Assembly: GCF_036321535.1 (NCBI RefSeq) | Contig: NC_087436.1 | Span: 76,076,001-76,140,000 of the forward strand | Source: Camelus dromedarius | Lineage: Eukaryota | Length of the DNA stretch: 64,000 nucleotides | Reading direction: 5' to 3' | Part shown: piece by piece, positions 24,669 to 38,650 of the stretch | Layout of the letters: the number at the start of each line of letters is the position of its first letter | Position numbering within the stretch: the first letter of the stretch is position 1 | Translations under genes and position numbers: made by a program | The notes under the pieces: generated by a model | Told to the model about the DNA's origin: nothing | The model's database searches: none | The model's input: the letters and a program-made list of their open reading frames with translations, nothing else

Positions 24669-27124
24669 TTCATTCATTTATTTATTATTTTACAATCCAG
24701 TTTTGTACCACATTGACTAGAGACATTTTAGGATGTACCATGATGAGTCTGAAACTTAGAAATGAGAAATATAATGCATTAAATACAATAAATAAATACA
24801 ATGCATTAAAAAAATTTCTGTGAACATTCACCCTATAAAGAAAAAATATAGAGAAAATAAAGAAAAATATTTAAAGTAAAAGGCATTTGCCCGAACATAC
24901 TTTGATGTTGCCATTTTTAGGAGTGAGAAAACACAATTATCCAACCCTGAAAACTGTTGGCTTTGGTTGCATGCACCAAATTAAAATATGTAGGTAACTA
25001 AATACAACCGGAGGTTTTCATTTCAATCTGCTATATGCATTTTTTGGGTTTTAGTCCCAGCTGTTCCATGTATATTTAGTTAAATAATGTAGCTCTATAA
25101 GAACAAGTGTTATGACTATTTTTAAAGGCACATTGTTTTAATTAACTGCACATAGATGTTTTATTTTATTCTGGATAGAAAGTACTCAGACTCAGGGACC
25201 ATTCTGCATGGCTACCTCCAGAACATGTGAGCACCACTGGATGCCAGAAAGTGGATTTTCTCTCAGGCTTTCTTTGTCAATGGCTCAAAGACAAAGTGGT
25301 TGGTAAGCCCTTGAATGCAGGTCATTTTTCTAATGATACTAGTGCTCTTTTTCCCCTTTCTTTGTACCATCATGTAGGTCTTCTTGGTATTATAACCAAT
25401 AGCTCTTTTGCATTCCAGACAGTTGCTCCCCACAGGTAGGAGCTTTATAAACATTGTTTGATGGTATTTCTCTATCCTTAACATCTTAACTCATCAGTGT
25501 CCTGGCTATAAAATTGAGGTGGTATACCTATTCTTCCTGCCTCACAAATTTGTTAGGGCATAACAAACCATCTGTCATATGTTTAAAAAATTCTTAGGGT
25601 TTTTTTTTAGAGGATACTTTCAAATGCTATTTGTCACCATACATAGATTTCTAGGTAAGGTCCATTTTTGTTAATATGCTGGGAGAAATGCATATTTAGA
25701 TTCAAAATCGAATTATCAAGTGGAATATAAACAGAGAGAACATCAAAGAGTGTTTTTAATACTTCGGCATTTTCACATGAATTTTTGCCATTCAGTTTCC
25801 TTTTCGTGGCTATAAGCTGATTTTCCTCCCCTGTTAAGAACAAATGCCCTTTATTTTAATCAGTTTCTACTTGCTGACAGCTTTCTTTTTATATGAATTT
25901 CAAGTGTACTATGTTATGTGGAGTTCCTGGTTGCCAAACTGTGCCCATGTAAAATCATATTGGTCCTGTCAACTGATAGACATAACTTACAAAAAGAAAC
26001 TCTGGTTTGGAAAGCTCAAAAGCTGAAAGTTGGCTATCAGTAAAATTTCATTTGCTTCCAAGTCTGAATTCTGTTTTATATAGAAAAATTAAAGTTATGA
26101 TTTCTGTTAAAAATTTTTTTTATGGGTACCAAAACATACACTGCAGGCTTCATTAACATGCTGCTCCAAAGAGTAAAATTCCCAATGCCATTTGGGAACT
26201 GGGAATGGGGAAAGGGAGAAGACTAGATGGCCCGGGACATGGGTATCAAGTGGAACAATTAAACCACCCGGAGAACTACAGACATGGAAACGGGACAAGG
26301 GGTCTTTCATTGCCAGTTTGCTGATTAAAATCTGGGCTGAGTCAGAAGTGATCTCAAGCCATTAACATCGTACCCTTGGCCAAGGGCCTATTAAGAATAA
26401 AATAAGTATGAAATAGGCTTGTTCAGCTCCCCAGGGCCACGGCCCATTCAGGTATTTCTCAATGCTGCACTCATTAGCAGTGCCTTTGGAGATAGGAACT
26501 CAGGCAAGCCTGGTTCTGACCATCCTCTTTAATTCTGAATGGACTGAGTTGGCAGGGTGAGCCTTGTCTCTTGCTTCTATTGACACTCACGTCAATGGAG
26601 GGTCCCAACGTCTAGCTTGTCAATCCATCACCTGTGGGGAGCACCATAAAATAAACAGTATGTCCTTAGCAAGGCAGTTGACCTTTTGTGAACTGGAATG
26701 ACAGTGTGCCTGCAATTGGCAGCTGAGGTCTGGGGCAAAGGGGTAACAAAGGTCTCATTAATATACTAGATTTGGGTAACAATCGCTATGAGTGTTATGG
26801 AGACAAAGGGAAGGAAACCAGCCTACGCTGGAATCTCAGAAGGTTGGAGCTGTTGAATGGTTGTAAAAGCAAGGCCCATTTTGTAAGCTTGCATGCGTTG
26901 GGTTACTTGTGTGTGATATTTATGTATACACATATGTGTCCTATATGAGTAAAACACTATTCTTCTATGATATGGATATTTTACAAAAGTGTGACTATAC
27001 TGAGGCTGATTCCACAAGCTCTGATCAAAGGTCTCATCCTTTTATGATCCTGTCTTCTATAAAGCTGTGGGAGGTACAGTATTAGTTAAAACCATCTCTG
27101 CCTGAGTTGAGATTTTTGGTACTT

Positions 27125-27320
27125 GGAGGGCTGGTTGGTGGAATGGAAAGAGCTCTGAACTGGTTAGCAGAGCACTTTTCTGTTAGACTCAGCTGTCCCA
27201 CCCAAAAAACTGTGTAGCAGGAGGAAGCTTCTAAACGTCTCTGGGCTTCCTTTGTGTACAGGCAAATCAGAAGATTAGATAGATGATCTTTGGTCTTCCT
27301 TTCTAAAATTCTTGCCTCTC
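27125..27320 (+). mobile_element. MIR/MIR3 SINE
   Basis: 'ggtggaatggaaagagctctgaactgg..tctctgggcttcc..attagatagatgatcttt..tctaaaattct'. Confidence 0.6.
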
Positions 27321-30045
27321 GAATAATTGTTTTGGTGGGAATGTTGGTGACAACCTTTACTTTGGTTTTTACTGAGTTGGTGTAATTTCTGACAGCCTTT
27401 CTTTGTCTTCCCCTACCCAGGAAATCCTCTCACTTTTATTCCTTTGAGTTTTTTTTTTTAAGAAAGGAGAACTGAGGAAAGTGGTAAAAAGAGGTGAGAG
27501 AGAAGCAGAGTGCTGGCCAGGGTGCCAAGCTGATGTTTCCTGTACCCAGCCAGCGCGCTGCCCCGCAGTGCCTGCCTGGCAGCCAGACCGCCAGACCCGG
27601 GCACCTCTCAACCTGGGCGAACGCAGTGCGTCACAGTCAGAGAACAGCCCAGGGTTATAGCTTCACTTTATTTGTTAAACCAAAGGAGATAATTAAAGGA
27701 GCTATAAAAATTTCCTCCAGAGCCTGTACTTGATCTGCACACTGGCTTGGTTTATTAATTGATACAGATTCCTGGTTCACTTCACCCTGTGCCCGTCGTT
27801 GACCAATGATCTGTGTGGTCAGGGTCTGTGACTGCAGTGGTCTGGGGGCCTGGCTGCACACTATGTGAGGTATGGCTCGTCTTTCCTAGAGAGTCAGTCA
27901 CTGTGGCCAAAGACACGAATCCAGATATTCAGGTCACGCAGGAGAGAACAAGGGAGGGAGCCAGTGTCACTGATCCTGCCTAATGTCCCTCTCTTTCACT
28001 CCTTCTTTTCTTCTTCATGTTCATGTTTTCCTGGTACATTTTATTCCCCCATTTTCTTCTCCCCCGTTCCCTTAAGTAGAGGTGACACAGATCAATACCT
28101 TTGATGGAAAGTAATAATCAGGCCTATTAAGTGACAAAGGTTTACTCTGTAACAGCTGTGCTGGCGGGAGAGGAGAGCTTGTCTGACTAATGAATCATGA
28201 AACAATCAGGCAGTAGCCATTTGTGTTTAGATCTGTAAATATGGTGTGGTTCAAGTGCCAGACCATTGCCGGCGCTCCAGCTGGGGGCACAGATGGTCCG
28301 CATTCAGAGCAGCACGAGTGTGAAGAAAGGGTTTTTTCCCTTTCTCTGTCCCACACTGCACCTCTCTGAGCCTCCCCTTAGCTCTGTGCAAGAGGAACTT
28401 CAGAGAAAGAAAGGAGATGCCTTTCAGGGGAGGACACACCTCCAATGTACATTTCAGCGTAGGTTAGTTACCAAGTACTAGGAGTTCCTAAGTGCTCCAC
28501 CCAGAGAGGGGGAATATGCTAATGGAAAATGTCACTATTTTGTATTCCCCTAAGAAGACTTGATCTGTATGTGACTTTAAATGTCTGTTTGATTTGTCTT
28601 CACAAAATATACTCCTTTATACTTTTCTTATCCACTACTGTACTTGACCTCCTGTTTTGTTCTTAGCTGTGAACTGAACACGTTGAGAGAAAAATATATA
28701 TTCTAAGGTGAGAAGCTCACATTCGTATACAAAGCTAAAATTGTTCTAAAACTATGCTAATGACGTCTGTTTGGATTCTGTTTCTCTTAGTTCTTGAAGT
28801 CAGGGTCTTCATCAAGAGACCAAAATTCCAAGCGCTAGTCATCCTGATCTTAATCAAGTATGGTTTTGTAGGGTTTTTGATTACTGTTGTTTACTTTAGC
28901 CAAGAAAGCTTTATTTTCATTGGAGAGACTGAGCCTCCATTTGGAAAAATCAACATGTGAAGTTATTATTGGTTGAATTGTCTATTTATCTGTTCATCTA
29001 TTTGATGAACCCATTTTTAATTATTTGATCTTGTAATTTCTTTTAGTGCTCTCAAAGATTTGTTACTTAGTATCTTCTGGTGAGTTCCTAGTAGAACTTG
29101 CATTGTGGCATCCTTTCAACCATGGGAAACATTTTTTCCCCACCTTTAAAATATGTAATGAAAAATAGTCAGTAGGGAGAAAATTTTATAAATGTTTAGA
29201 CATAGTTAGGAAAGACAGATATTTAAAAACGTATGCTAGAATTTACATTTTCCCCTTAAATTTGGCCTCTTTTGGGGGAGGCGCATTTTCTTTTGCTTCT
29301 TTCTGGTTGGAGAAATTTACAAAGATCTTTTTCAAGATGAAACTATTGAAATACATGCTATAAACTTTTAAACTGAAGTGCTAAACTTTAGGTTTGTCTT
29401 TGGAATTATAGACATTTATGAAATATTTATGGGAGTACTGAGTTGTGATAAAATAGGTCGAGTGCAATCTCCAAATGGCTGCCTGGGGCTGGCTGACTGT
29501 TCCCTAAGGGTGGACTGGTAGGAAGATGACTTAGATTTGGTTTCAGGTTGCTGGTAATTTCAGTTTATTATTGAACCAGGAAAGAAGCAGTGCAAAGGGA
29601 ACAATGAGATTAGGTGTATGAGTGTCTGAAATTGGGTCCCCTTGGTCTCCCCATTTTCTCCAGAGGTATGCCCAGGGTTTGGTGGTCAAGGCCACCTGGT
29701 GGAGGCAGGAACTCAGCAGGACATGCTCACTGCCATCTCTAATGCTTAGAATGTCACCATTCCAAGATCAATGTCATTGTCATCTAAGGAAAATCTTGCC
29801 ATGCTACAGCTAAATGTTTTCATATACTAACTGCTTCTCTGTCGAGCCTGTAGCAGGTCTGGCCACAGCATAATACAAATCCACCCTGGAAAATAATGAT
29901 GAGGGGACGGTGACTTGCCCATTACGGGTTCAGCTCAACACTTGCCCCGTCCACCCCAGACATTGAAAGTACAATACCATTTCAATAGCACCTATGTAGA
30001 GATGCAGCCTCTGGATGTTTTCAGTTGACTAATTGATCTGGCTCA

Positions 30046-30230
30046 GTCAGCAATACTTAAAAATTTGAGGCCACAAATCTTTGAGAATCTGGTGGGAGAC
30101 ATGGACCCTCTGTTTAGAAGAGTGCTTGCTCTGATATTTGCATACATAACATTTCACCACCCGGTTTAAGTGGTTTCAGGGATCTCTCAGAGCCCAGCAG
30201 AGCAGAGGTCTCCAGGTCAAGGTCTCCTGC
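30046..30230. mobile_element. hAT-Charlie-type MITE
   Basis: 'ctttgagaatctggtgggagacatggaccctct..tttgcatac..ttcagggatctctcagagccc..ccaggtcaaggtctcctg'. Confidence 0.55.
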
Positions 30231-30569
30231 TTCTCTTGTTTCCTTAGCAGCTTGATCAGTAGAGCCTCATCTTGGATCCTTTAGCTCCATCTCAAAATCA
30301 AGCCACTACCTTGTTCTCTGTAGTACCTGACTCCCAATTGTATTTCTATCTCTCTAATTTCTTCTAATCAACTTTTATTTTCTAACTTCAGTTTTGACTG
30401 TAATATAATATCATTAGTGACCAACTCACTCTTTTCTGTCTGCTAATCTTGTAATATATTTGTTTCTCCAGATTTGTTTTGCCTTTTTTTTTTTTTTGAG
30501 TTTTCTATGTTTCCATCAAAAAGATGATTTTTATTATACTTGGCACATGTTAGATACTTAAAAATATTA

Positions 30570-30725
30570 ATAGTAATAATATTTGTTAGCTATTACCGAG
30601 AACCTGCTAGGCATTGTACTGGGTGCTCTCTGACCCCTATTGCTAGTCATCATAGCAACCCTGCAAGGCAGGTTTTATCCCATTGAATTGATAAGGAACT
30701 TGAGGATTCTGGAGATTAAGAACTA
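30570..30725 (-). mobile_element. MIR SINE
   Basis: 'ctaggcattgtactgggtgct..caaccctgcaaggcagg..atcccatt..gataaggaacttgagg'. Confidence 0.8.
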
Positions 30726-30949
30726 AATATATTTTTCCCTTAAGCTGATTTTTTAATTTCTTCCTTGAATAAATTTTTAAAAATAGGAAACGTTATCTCA
30801 CTCCTGGAAGTGCAAAACAAAAATAACCAATTTAATTGCCAAAAGATAACTGTAAAATAAATACACAGTACATAAATATTTTTCAGAATCAGTATGCCAC
30901 CAAAAATCATCTACTGTACACCTTGTGACATCTCATTGCTCTTATGCCA

Positions 30950-31997
30950 TGCTCTTTTCTTGAATTAGTGCTGGTTTTCCTTTTTATCCTTCCCTCTCTT
31001 TCCTCTTTTCTTCCCATCTTAATTATTCCCCTGTTCTGTCTCCTATCTCTCACCAGCTTGTCTCTCTGAGGCCTTGGAGTCCATCTTCATCAAATGGAAC
31101 ATCTGCTCTAGCCTTTCACCCTGAATCACCAGACTCTTTTAGGTCAAGAAACCCAAACATGTATTCCCTGTCCATGGTGTCTCTTCATTGCAGATACTCA
31201 CAATGGAAAAGTATTATCCTTGCCATTTTCACACCAGCTCCAGGAAGATGAGGAAGGATGGCTCTGTGTAACTCACAGGTAGCATCCAGGTATGGAGGCT
31301 TCTGCTACCTGAGGTTTTAGGGTCATTGACTTAAGAGCCAGAGTGTCCGACAAATCCTATCTGCTTCCTCTTCCAGACTTGAAACAGTCAAGTTCTGTCC
31401 TCAGCCCTCCTTTCCACTCATTATATCCTTTTTCTTGAGGTAGTCTCAGGCAGTCCCATGATTTTAAAAACATTTTAAAATATATTGTCTCTCAGACTTA
31501 TATTTCTGACCTGGATTTCTTCCTGTCTCTACTCTTGTACCATTTCTTTCATGCAACAAAATTATTTTTCTCAAGTGGAAATAAGATTATATTACTTGCT
31601 ACCTAAATGCATCCAGTGAATTTTTTTATTACTAAAAAAAAAAAAAAAAAAAAACCCCACACTTATTAACATATAGGGGACACGAGACCCTATGTGTTCC
31701 AGACCTTCCTACTTCCCTGATGTCACCTCCCTCTACGTCTGCCTCGTCTATGAAGCTGCAGCCATCCTTACCACCCACTGCAGTCCCAATTTCCCTTCTC
31801 TGTTTTTTCCCAAGGTACTTACCACGATATCACCAATTCAATATTTTCCTGTTTAGTGTCTATTTACCTTAAATAGAATGTCATTCAGTAATGACAGTGG
31901 CATTTTACTTGTTTTATTCACTGGTGTATCTTCAGTGCCTAGAAAAATGCCTGGCATAGAGTAGATGTTCAAAAAATGTTGTGAAATGAATGAATGT
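30950..31997 (+). mobile_element. L2 fragment(s) ending in an L2a-type 3' tail
   Basis: Pyrimidine-rich L2 body; ends 'ttcactggtgtatcttcagtgcctagaaaaatgcctggcatagagtagatgttcaaaaaatgttgtgaaatgaatgaatg'. Confidence 0.8.
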
Positions 31998-34068
31998 TAA
32001 TATTAGCAGACAGAAGATGGTGAGGTGGCATTCCATTTCCTTTTAAGAAATACCATTTATTTTCTCCACTTGCATAGGCTAGGTCAAGGTCCAGATACAC
32101 TCTCCTTATTTCTCACATTGCAGCAAGATCCATAACTCTTTTTCATCCCCATCTCTGCATTTCACTTGTGCTATTGATGAATAAAGTGATAGTGTATTTG
32201 AATTAGGTCATTCACAGTGGGGACTAATGTGCTTCTCCAGGTCTTCCTTCTTTTTTCTTTAAAAATTATTTTATTATGATTTTATGATAAAAGAACACAT
32301 ATCCATCATTAAAAACCTAAATAGTTTAGAGTTATATAACATAGCTGTCCTCCTCTGACTACATTTTGGCAAAAAAAAAAGAAAAAAAAAAGAAAAAGAA
32401 AAAAACCAATGACCACTGTTAAGAAGTTGTTCTATAGCCTTCTCAGATCTTGTTTCTTCTTTATAAACTATTGATTATTTTATTAAACATTCACGTTAAG
32501 CAGAGAAAAGCTTGCTTTGGGGAAATGCCAAAAGTTAATAAAAGAACTACCTTATCCTTGACTCTGGGAAATCTAAAACTTAAGTATGGAGATAGGGCAA
32601 ATATATATGGAAAAGAATACTTCTGAAAAAATACACAGGCAATTACTAATTAATTCTGTGAAAATGAGAAACATAAGTGCTAGAGGACAAAGAGCCATAG
32701 AGCAAATGTGGCCAAATGAGATGAATCGAGGAGGAGTGCCTGCTGGTCCCAAACGATGTCAAAATGGAACCAAGCAATTCTTTCTCTTTCTGTATTGCTT
32801 TTCTTCCCAAATGGTTTAAAACAACCCCCTAGCCCCAAAGAGAAAAAGTGTACTTAAAAGATATTCTTTGCAAATATATATATAGAGAGAGAGTTAAAAA
32901 AAAAAAAAAGGTTATTCCTCCTTAAAGAAATGGCCACCATTGTTTCAAGCTGTAAAATCTCTAGAATAACTATGCATTTCTGTGACACAAATGAATACAC
33001 TGATATAAGTCTATGTGTAAAAGATGAATGAAATTCTTGCTAGTCCTATGTAACTGGAAAGGAAAAAAGAAATCCTTTTGGGTGGCATGGGTGAGGATTT
33101 GCTTGCGTGTAGATTATAATTTAAAATTGACTTCTGAATTTGTTAAGCCTTTTGACCTGTATTCAGAACACTTAGAGAGGGCTCATGCCAGCAAGTGACA
33201 ATACTGTATTTATCAGCAGCCACCTGCAGGGCTTTAGTCTCCAGCTGCTGCTTTTTTTTTTCAATCCATTGAAACTTTTTATTTAAAATGGCTGTAGACC
33301 AAATAGCATTGACTGAGAAAAGAAAGCAAAAGGGTAGCATTTCCCTAAAAGCATTATTTTATTGGGACAAAAGGGCAAGGTTTTCTGAATCAACCTTAAG
33401 AAGTACAGATATTGAACATGTTAACAATACTAGTGTTCTTCCGAAAAAAACCCACATTACACCCCACCTCACTGGGTCTATTGATTGGAATGTCTTGCAA
33501 ATGAAAGGAAATAAAGGAACTCAAACTGCTTCTTCTAACTAGGTGCCATCAATAATGCCCACATGGGCGAGCATTCCCTGATTTAAGACCTTGTCTCCTT
33601 CATGCATCCACTTAAAGCTCTTTGGATAGAGGAAAAACTCCCCCGCCCCAAACAGAATGTTAGATTAAGAAAGATTCGTCCTGTTCTGCTGCCCTGTTTC
33701 TTTCCCTGCAAGCTTCCTTGGGGTTCTCTCTCATTAGCATCCTTCCTCTTGATCATTTGTAGTATTTGAGTTGCTGACGTACATTTGCACTTCTAAACTT
33801 AGATCCTGTGCACGTGTATTTACATATAATAGGAGCTTTGTTCTAATTTTTAAATGGGAAAATTTTTTGCTTTTTGAAGCCATCTTCTTAGGAAGAACAA
33901 TCAGGAGAACACAGCTGGCTTTTGGAAATTGAGTTTCTCCTGAACATTTCCTGCTATTATCTTGACAATCTTACTATTATCAAAGCATTTGAATATTAGG
34001 TATGACGATGAACACTCACCGCAGGGAAGAGAGGAGCAAGGCCATAAGTGGGAGGGGGCCACTAACAA

Positions 34069-34087
34069 TTGTGCCCCCTGTTGCAGC
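34069..34087 (-). promoter_or_regulatory. Candidate CTCF site
   Basis: Minus strand GCTGCAACAGGGGGCACAA resembles CTCF core CCASYAGRKGGCRS. Confidence 0.4.
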
Positions 34088-36257
34088 CATAATAATTTAA
34101 TATTCTCATACTGGGAGGCTCCATTTTACTTGGCCTGTATTGAGCTACTCCGTGTATTGTTTCCCTTTGGCCAAACCATCAGGGTTGTCCCTTGAACAGC
34201 CTGTAAGACTTCAAATAAAGGATCATGCTGATAATGGCCTAAGGGCAGGATTTTTGTTTTGCATGGGAGTCAGTAATTTAACTGTTACACAGAGGAAGGC
34301 TTCTGGGTTTTGTACAGAATTTATTTCAAGACTGTATTTAAACCTGTTGGTAGATCAATAGTTTTTCTTCTTATTGACTATTTGTCTCTGCCTGAAAAAT
34401 AGGGATGACACCTCCACTAAACGATAGAGACTGGATATATTGGAGTTGCCACATGGTGATACCCCGTTCTGTTTGTTTTGTACTTTGTGGCTGGATACAT
34501 TTTTTTTTTCCAGTGGATTTAACTTTCTCATTTAAATTTCTGCTCAATATCAGGTAGGATCTGAAGCTGTCATGTGAAAGATGCTAAGTAGAAGAGACAG
34601 ATTATTCTTTCTTGTAATTCCTACCCTTGTATTTTGCCTGGTGTCAATGCAGAGGCTAACCTTGCTGAAGTCTTTAAGATATTATCATTTGAAAACAGGC
34701 TCCTGAGCCCAGCTGTATCTCAGCATAGTGTGGTACAGAACGTAATAGAAGGAGGGTTTGTTTTAGTCTCTATCACGTGAAAGACTTTGTTATATTTTTA
34801 TACCATAACACCACACTATAACAAACATTTGGAGGATAGTTGTTACAGTGAGCCCCAGAGTATTTCTGAGGGAGAAAAGGAAAAAAAGAGATTAATACAT
34901 TTTCTTCTTTGTAAAACTGATTTAGACTGTGAAATGGGGCTTATCCAAGGTTATGGATGTAGCAGAGTGTAGTGTTAAATTAGGATGACCTGACCACCAT
35001 GTAGTTTTTGATTATCATGGGTTGTCTCCAAGACCTACTTTTAAAAAGAATGAGAAATATTAGTAGAGCTGTTAAGGATTTGGTCCTTTGTTTTTATTCA
35101 TTTTGATCCAAACTGTGGGAAGCTCTCACCAAAAAAAAAAAAAAAAATGCCTGGCTTAAAATACCACATCACCATGGGAAAGTAGATATTTCAATTACTT
35201 ATTTTTTTTCAGTTGCTGAATTTATTTTAGGAATTTGAAGGCTTTATTACCTGTTCATAAAAGGATAGCTTTCTTTTGACCACACCCTAGAGTAGAGTTT
35301 AGCCAGTGCTGAGTTCCTTAAGAAATGTCAGGTTGTGGTTTGAGATGTCCCTTTAAGAATCCCATGACCACAAGGATCTTATCTTTTGTTCTGGAGTCCT
35401 GTGACCTCATGCATGAAGGTCAGAGGGCATTGTGGTATTCTGTGCCACAAACTTCTGTTCATTTGCATTTGTACTTAGGATAGTGAAAAGAGTTATCATT
35501 ACCTACCAACCTTCATCTCCAAGTGAGGTTGATAGAGCATTTAAACATGAATTATTATTACTGGTATATTTACGCTGAGTCCCCATGGAGAACAAAGCTT
35601 CCTGACTAATAATGTGACCATTATCATGATGACAAAGAGTGTAGTTTAGGTTAAGGAGCAGACCATCAAGGGTAACACCCTACTCTTTCCTTGTATGTAT
35701 GTACGTATGTGTATAAAGTATGGGATGAGCAAAAAACAACTGAAGAAGAGCTTAAGGGAAATTCGTCCTTTTCAGGAAGAGCTATAAATGCTGAGATAGA
35801 CATGTGTCTAGATATCTACATCTATGAACACTCAGAGATATTTAATTATCAGTTTTAATAATGAGATGTGAAATAGACACATAGACTATTCCATGTGATG
35901 TTTGCATTTTTAACTTTTAAAGACACAGTGTTCTAGACTTGGGTCTGAGGGAAGTAAGAAGGAAGGGAAAAAAAAAACAGATGCAGAGAGACATTAATAG
36001 TTGAATTAATTTAGACTCAAGATAATTTAAAGGTTCTAGTAGAGAATTCAGTTGGGGAAAATATAAGATAAAATTTCTATAAGTTACATTTGCTAAGTCC
36101 TTGGTGGTAAGTATATTAAAATTGTCACCTAATGATTGATGCTGAATATGTGCAGCTGGGCCGCTGGTTTCTCCCGAGGAGCTCACATTTTCCTTAAAAT
36201 CTCACTTGGCATCATCGTATTTCACAGGGCTAACTTGGCACAGACGTTACAGCTAAA

Positions 36258-36618
36258 GGAGGCAGAGTGGCATATTCTCTGGGGGTGTGGACTCTGGAGC
36301 TGACTGCCCTGGACTCGGTCCCAGCTCCACCAATTACTAGTTGTGACAGAGAGCAAGTTATATATCCCTGTGCCTTGGTGACTTTATTTTTAAAATAATG
36401 CTGTTATGAAGATTAAGTAAGTTGGTATGTGTAGGGTGTTGCAGTGCATGGCATATGGTCAATTGTTTTCTCTCTCTCTGCCTCAGTTTCCTGTTGTAGA
36501 GATAGTAATCGTACTTCTCCCATAGGGCCGTTGTTTGTATTTAATGAATTAATGTTTTGTATGTAAAATGCTTAGAACAGTGCCTGGCACTGTGTCAATT
36601 TTAGCAATTGTTATTATT
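36258..36618 (+). mobile_element. Two adjacent MIR SINEs
   Basis: 'gtggactctggagctgactgcc..cccagctccaccaattactagttgtgac' and a second core 'tctctgcctcagtttcct..cttagaacagtgcctggcac'. Confidence 0.8.
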
Positions 36619-37311
36619 CTACAGAATAAAGATCAGATTTTCTGAACTCTAATTCAGTTCTTTTAGAAAACATACATATAGCTGACTTCATGAGGAATAT
36701 TGTTCCCTTCACATTCAATTCTTTAAAAGAAAAATCAAAAGAGCCAGTCAGAAATTCTGGCGCACGATCACACTTGTATCTAAGGATTTTCTAATCCTCT
36801 GTTGGAAGTCACGTAAGGGTAGAAGAATTAATTTCCATGAAAATAACGATTAATATCATTAGGAACCCACTCCCAAATTATTTTATCTTAAGTATTTTTT
36901 TATTCAAAAAAATTTGAGTTTCAGAAAATGAAAAAGTAAATTGTGAGGACTCTCCTTTTACCTCCGGTAAATGACCTTTTTGAGAGCACTTTGTCCACTT
37001 TGAGAAGTGACTGACGTTAATTTTCTATGAATAAACTCTGCGTACATTCTGGTGCACCTGGTGACAAGCAATGATCTGAAGAGCATGCAGTTGTTAGACT
37101 TTTTTTGGCATGGAAATGCCCAATTTGAAGCCTTCAGACTTCGAGCCTTATAAATAAACTTCTAATTATATTCATTCATTCATTTATCCATTCATTCAAC
37201 AAACAATATTAGGATACCTACGTGTCTGGCACTGGGCTCGGTGTTGGGCACCTTTAAAAGAACATGTGCTTTTTTTTTTTTTTTTAAGGAACAATCTGTA
37301 TGACTCTGCTT

Positions 37312-37554
37312 CAGTGTTTTCCCTACTGTGGGTTGTGACCTATTAATAGGTTATAAGATAAATTTAATGGATTGTGACCAGAATTTTTTAAAAAAATGAA
37401 GTACAATTGAAAATAGCAGTGTACCACACATAATACAGTTTCCTGAAACTTTAAAAATATCTCTGTTTCAGGCTCTATCTGTAAAACACATATATTTGTC
37501 ACTATGTAAAATATATTATTTTAGATCATTTCCAAAAAAGTTTGAAAAGCCCTG
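37312..37554. mobile_element. hAT-Charlie MITE (MER112/MER113-like)
   Basis: TIR-like ends 'cagtgttttccctact' / 'agtttgaaaagccctg'; internal 'tgggttgtgacctatta..atttaatggattgtgaccag'. Confidence 0.6.
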
Positions 37555-37559
37555 TACTC

Positions 37560-38100
37560 AGCAGTAATCTGCATCTCACTGCCCTGCACCCCTCCTCCCC
37601 GACCTTCTCTCTTGTTCACTCTGCTTCAAACTGGCCCCTTTGCTTTCTCTTCTACTTGCCAAGAAACGTGCTCTCCTCTCAGGATCTTTGCTTGTGTGAT
37701 CAGCTCTCCTTTAAAAGCAATTCCCTCCAATGAATTTCCTTTAGGTCTCTGCTCAGATATCACCTTCTCAGGGATGTCTTGTCTTGACTGTTCTGTATAA
37801 AACAGCTCACCGTGCTCCCCATTCTCTCACCTCACAATCTTCTCTTTATTCAGCCTTTATTTATTTTTAGAGACTAGAGCTTAAATAGGCTTCGATATGT
37901 TATCACGGCCTGACGTAATTTGTTGTTGTTTTTGTCATTACTTGTTTCTTGTCTTTTTCTCCCCATCAGAATGAACACACCATGAGTTCAGGACTTGGTT
38001 TTGTTCCCCACTCTATCATGGTGCCTCTAACAGTGCCTGGCATGTGGTAAATGCTTAAAAAAAATTGTTGAATAGCTAAAAGAAAGAACAAACAAATGAT
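37560..38100 (+). mobile_element. L2 3' region
   Basis: 'tctctgctcagatatcaccttctcagggatg..cagtgcctggcatgtggtaaatgctta..tgttgaat'. Confidence 0.85.
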
Positions 38101-38149
38101 GGAATTAAGGGTTATGTTGGTCTTACTTTACTGCATATAAATGATGTTG

Positions 38150-38650
38150 GAAGGACAACTAATGTAAGTTTCTGACACGGTCCCCAAAGATTTGGACTCT
38201 CCCTAGCTTTCTAGTTTTATCAGTTGCCTTTTCTTTGCCTTTCTCATCTCCATGATTTTGATTGCTGTGCTCTGACAACTTGGAGATCCCAGTGGTTCTG
38301 TGAATACACACAACTGTCGCACACCTGTGCCCTTGCTCACGCTATTCCCTTTGCCTGAAGTGCCCTTCCCCCAACTCTTGCTTCTTCACCTGCGTAACTG
38401 TGCTGGCCCTTTAGGATTTGGTTTGGAATCTGTGTTTCCTTAGAAATCTTCCAGGATCTCCCTGGCTGGGGAAGATGCTCCTTCTCTGTGCTTTAATGTC
38501 ACTGTGTCAATTTTAAATATCTATTTCTGTGACTTCTTCCTTAGGAGCTACATGAGAGCAGAAGTGACCCATTCACATTTTTGTATTCCTAGAATTTCCC
38601 ATAGTGCCTGGCATGCAATAAGAACTCAATAAATGTTTGTTTAACTAAAA
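38150..38650 (+). mobile_element. Second L2 3' region
   Basis: 'ccttgctcacgctattccctttgcctgaagtgccct..catagtgcctggcatgcaataagaactcaataaatgtttg'. Confidence 0.85.
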
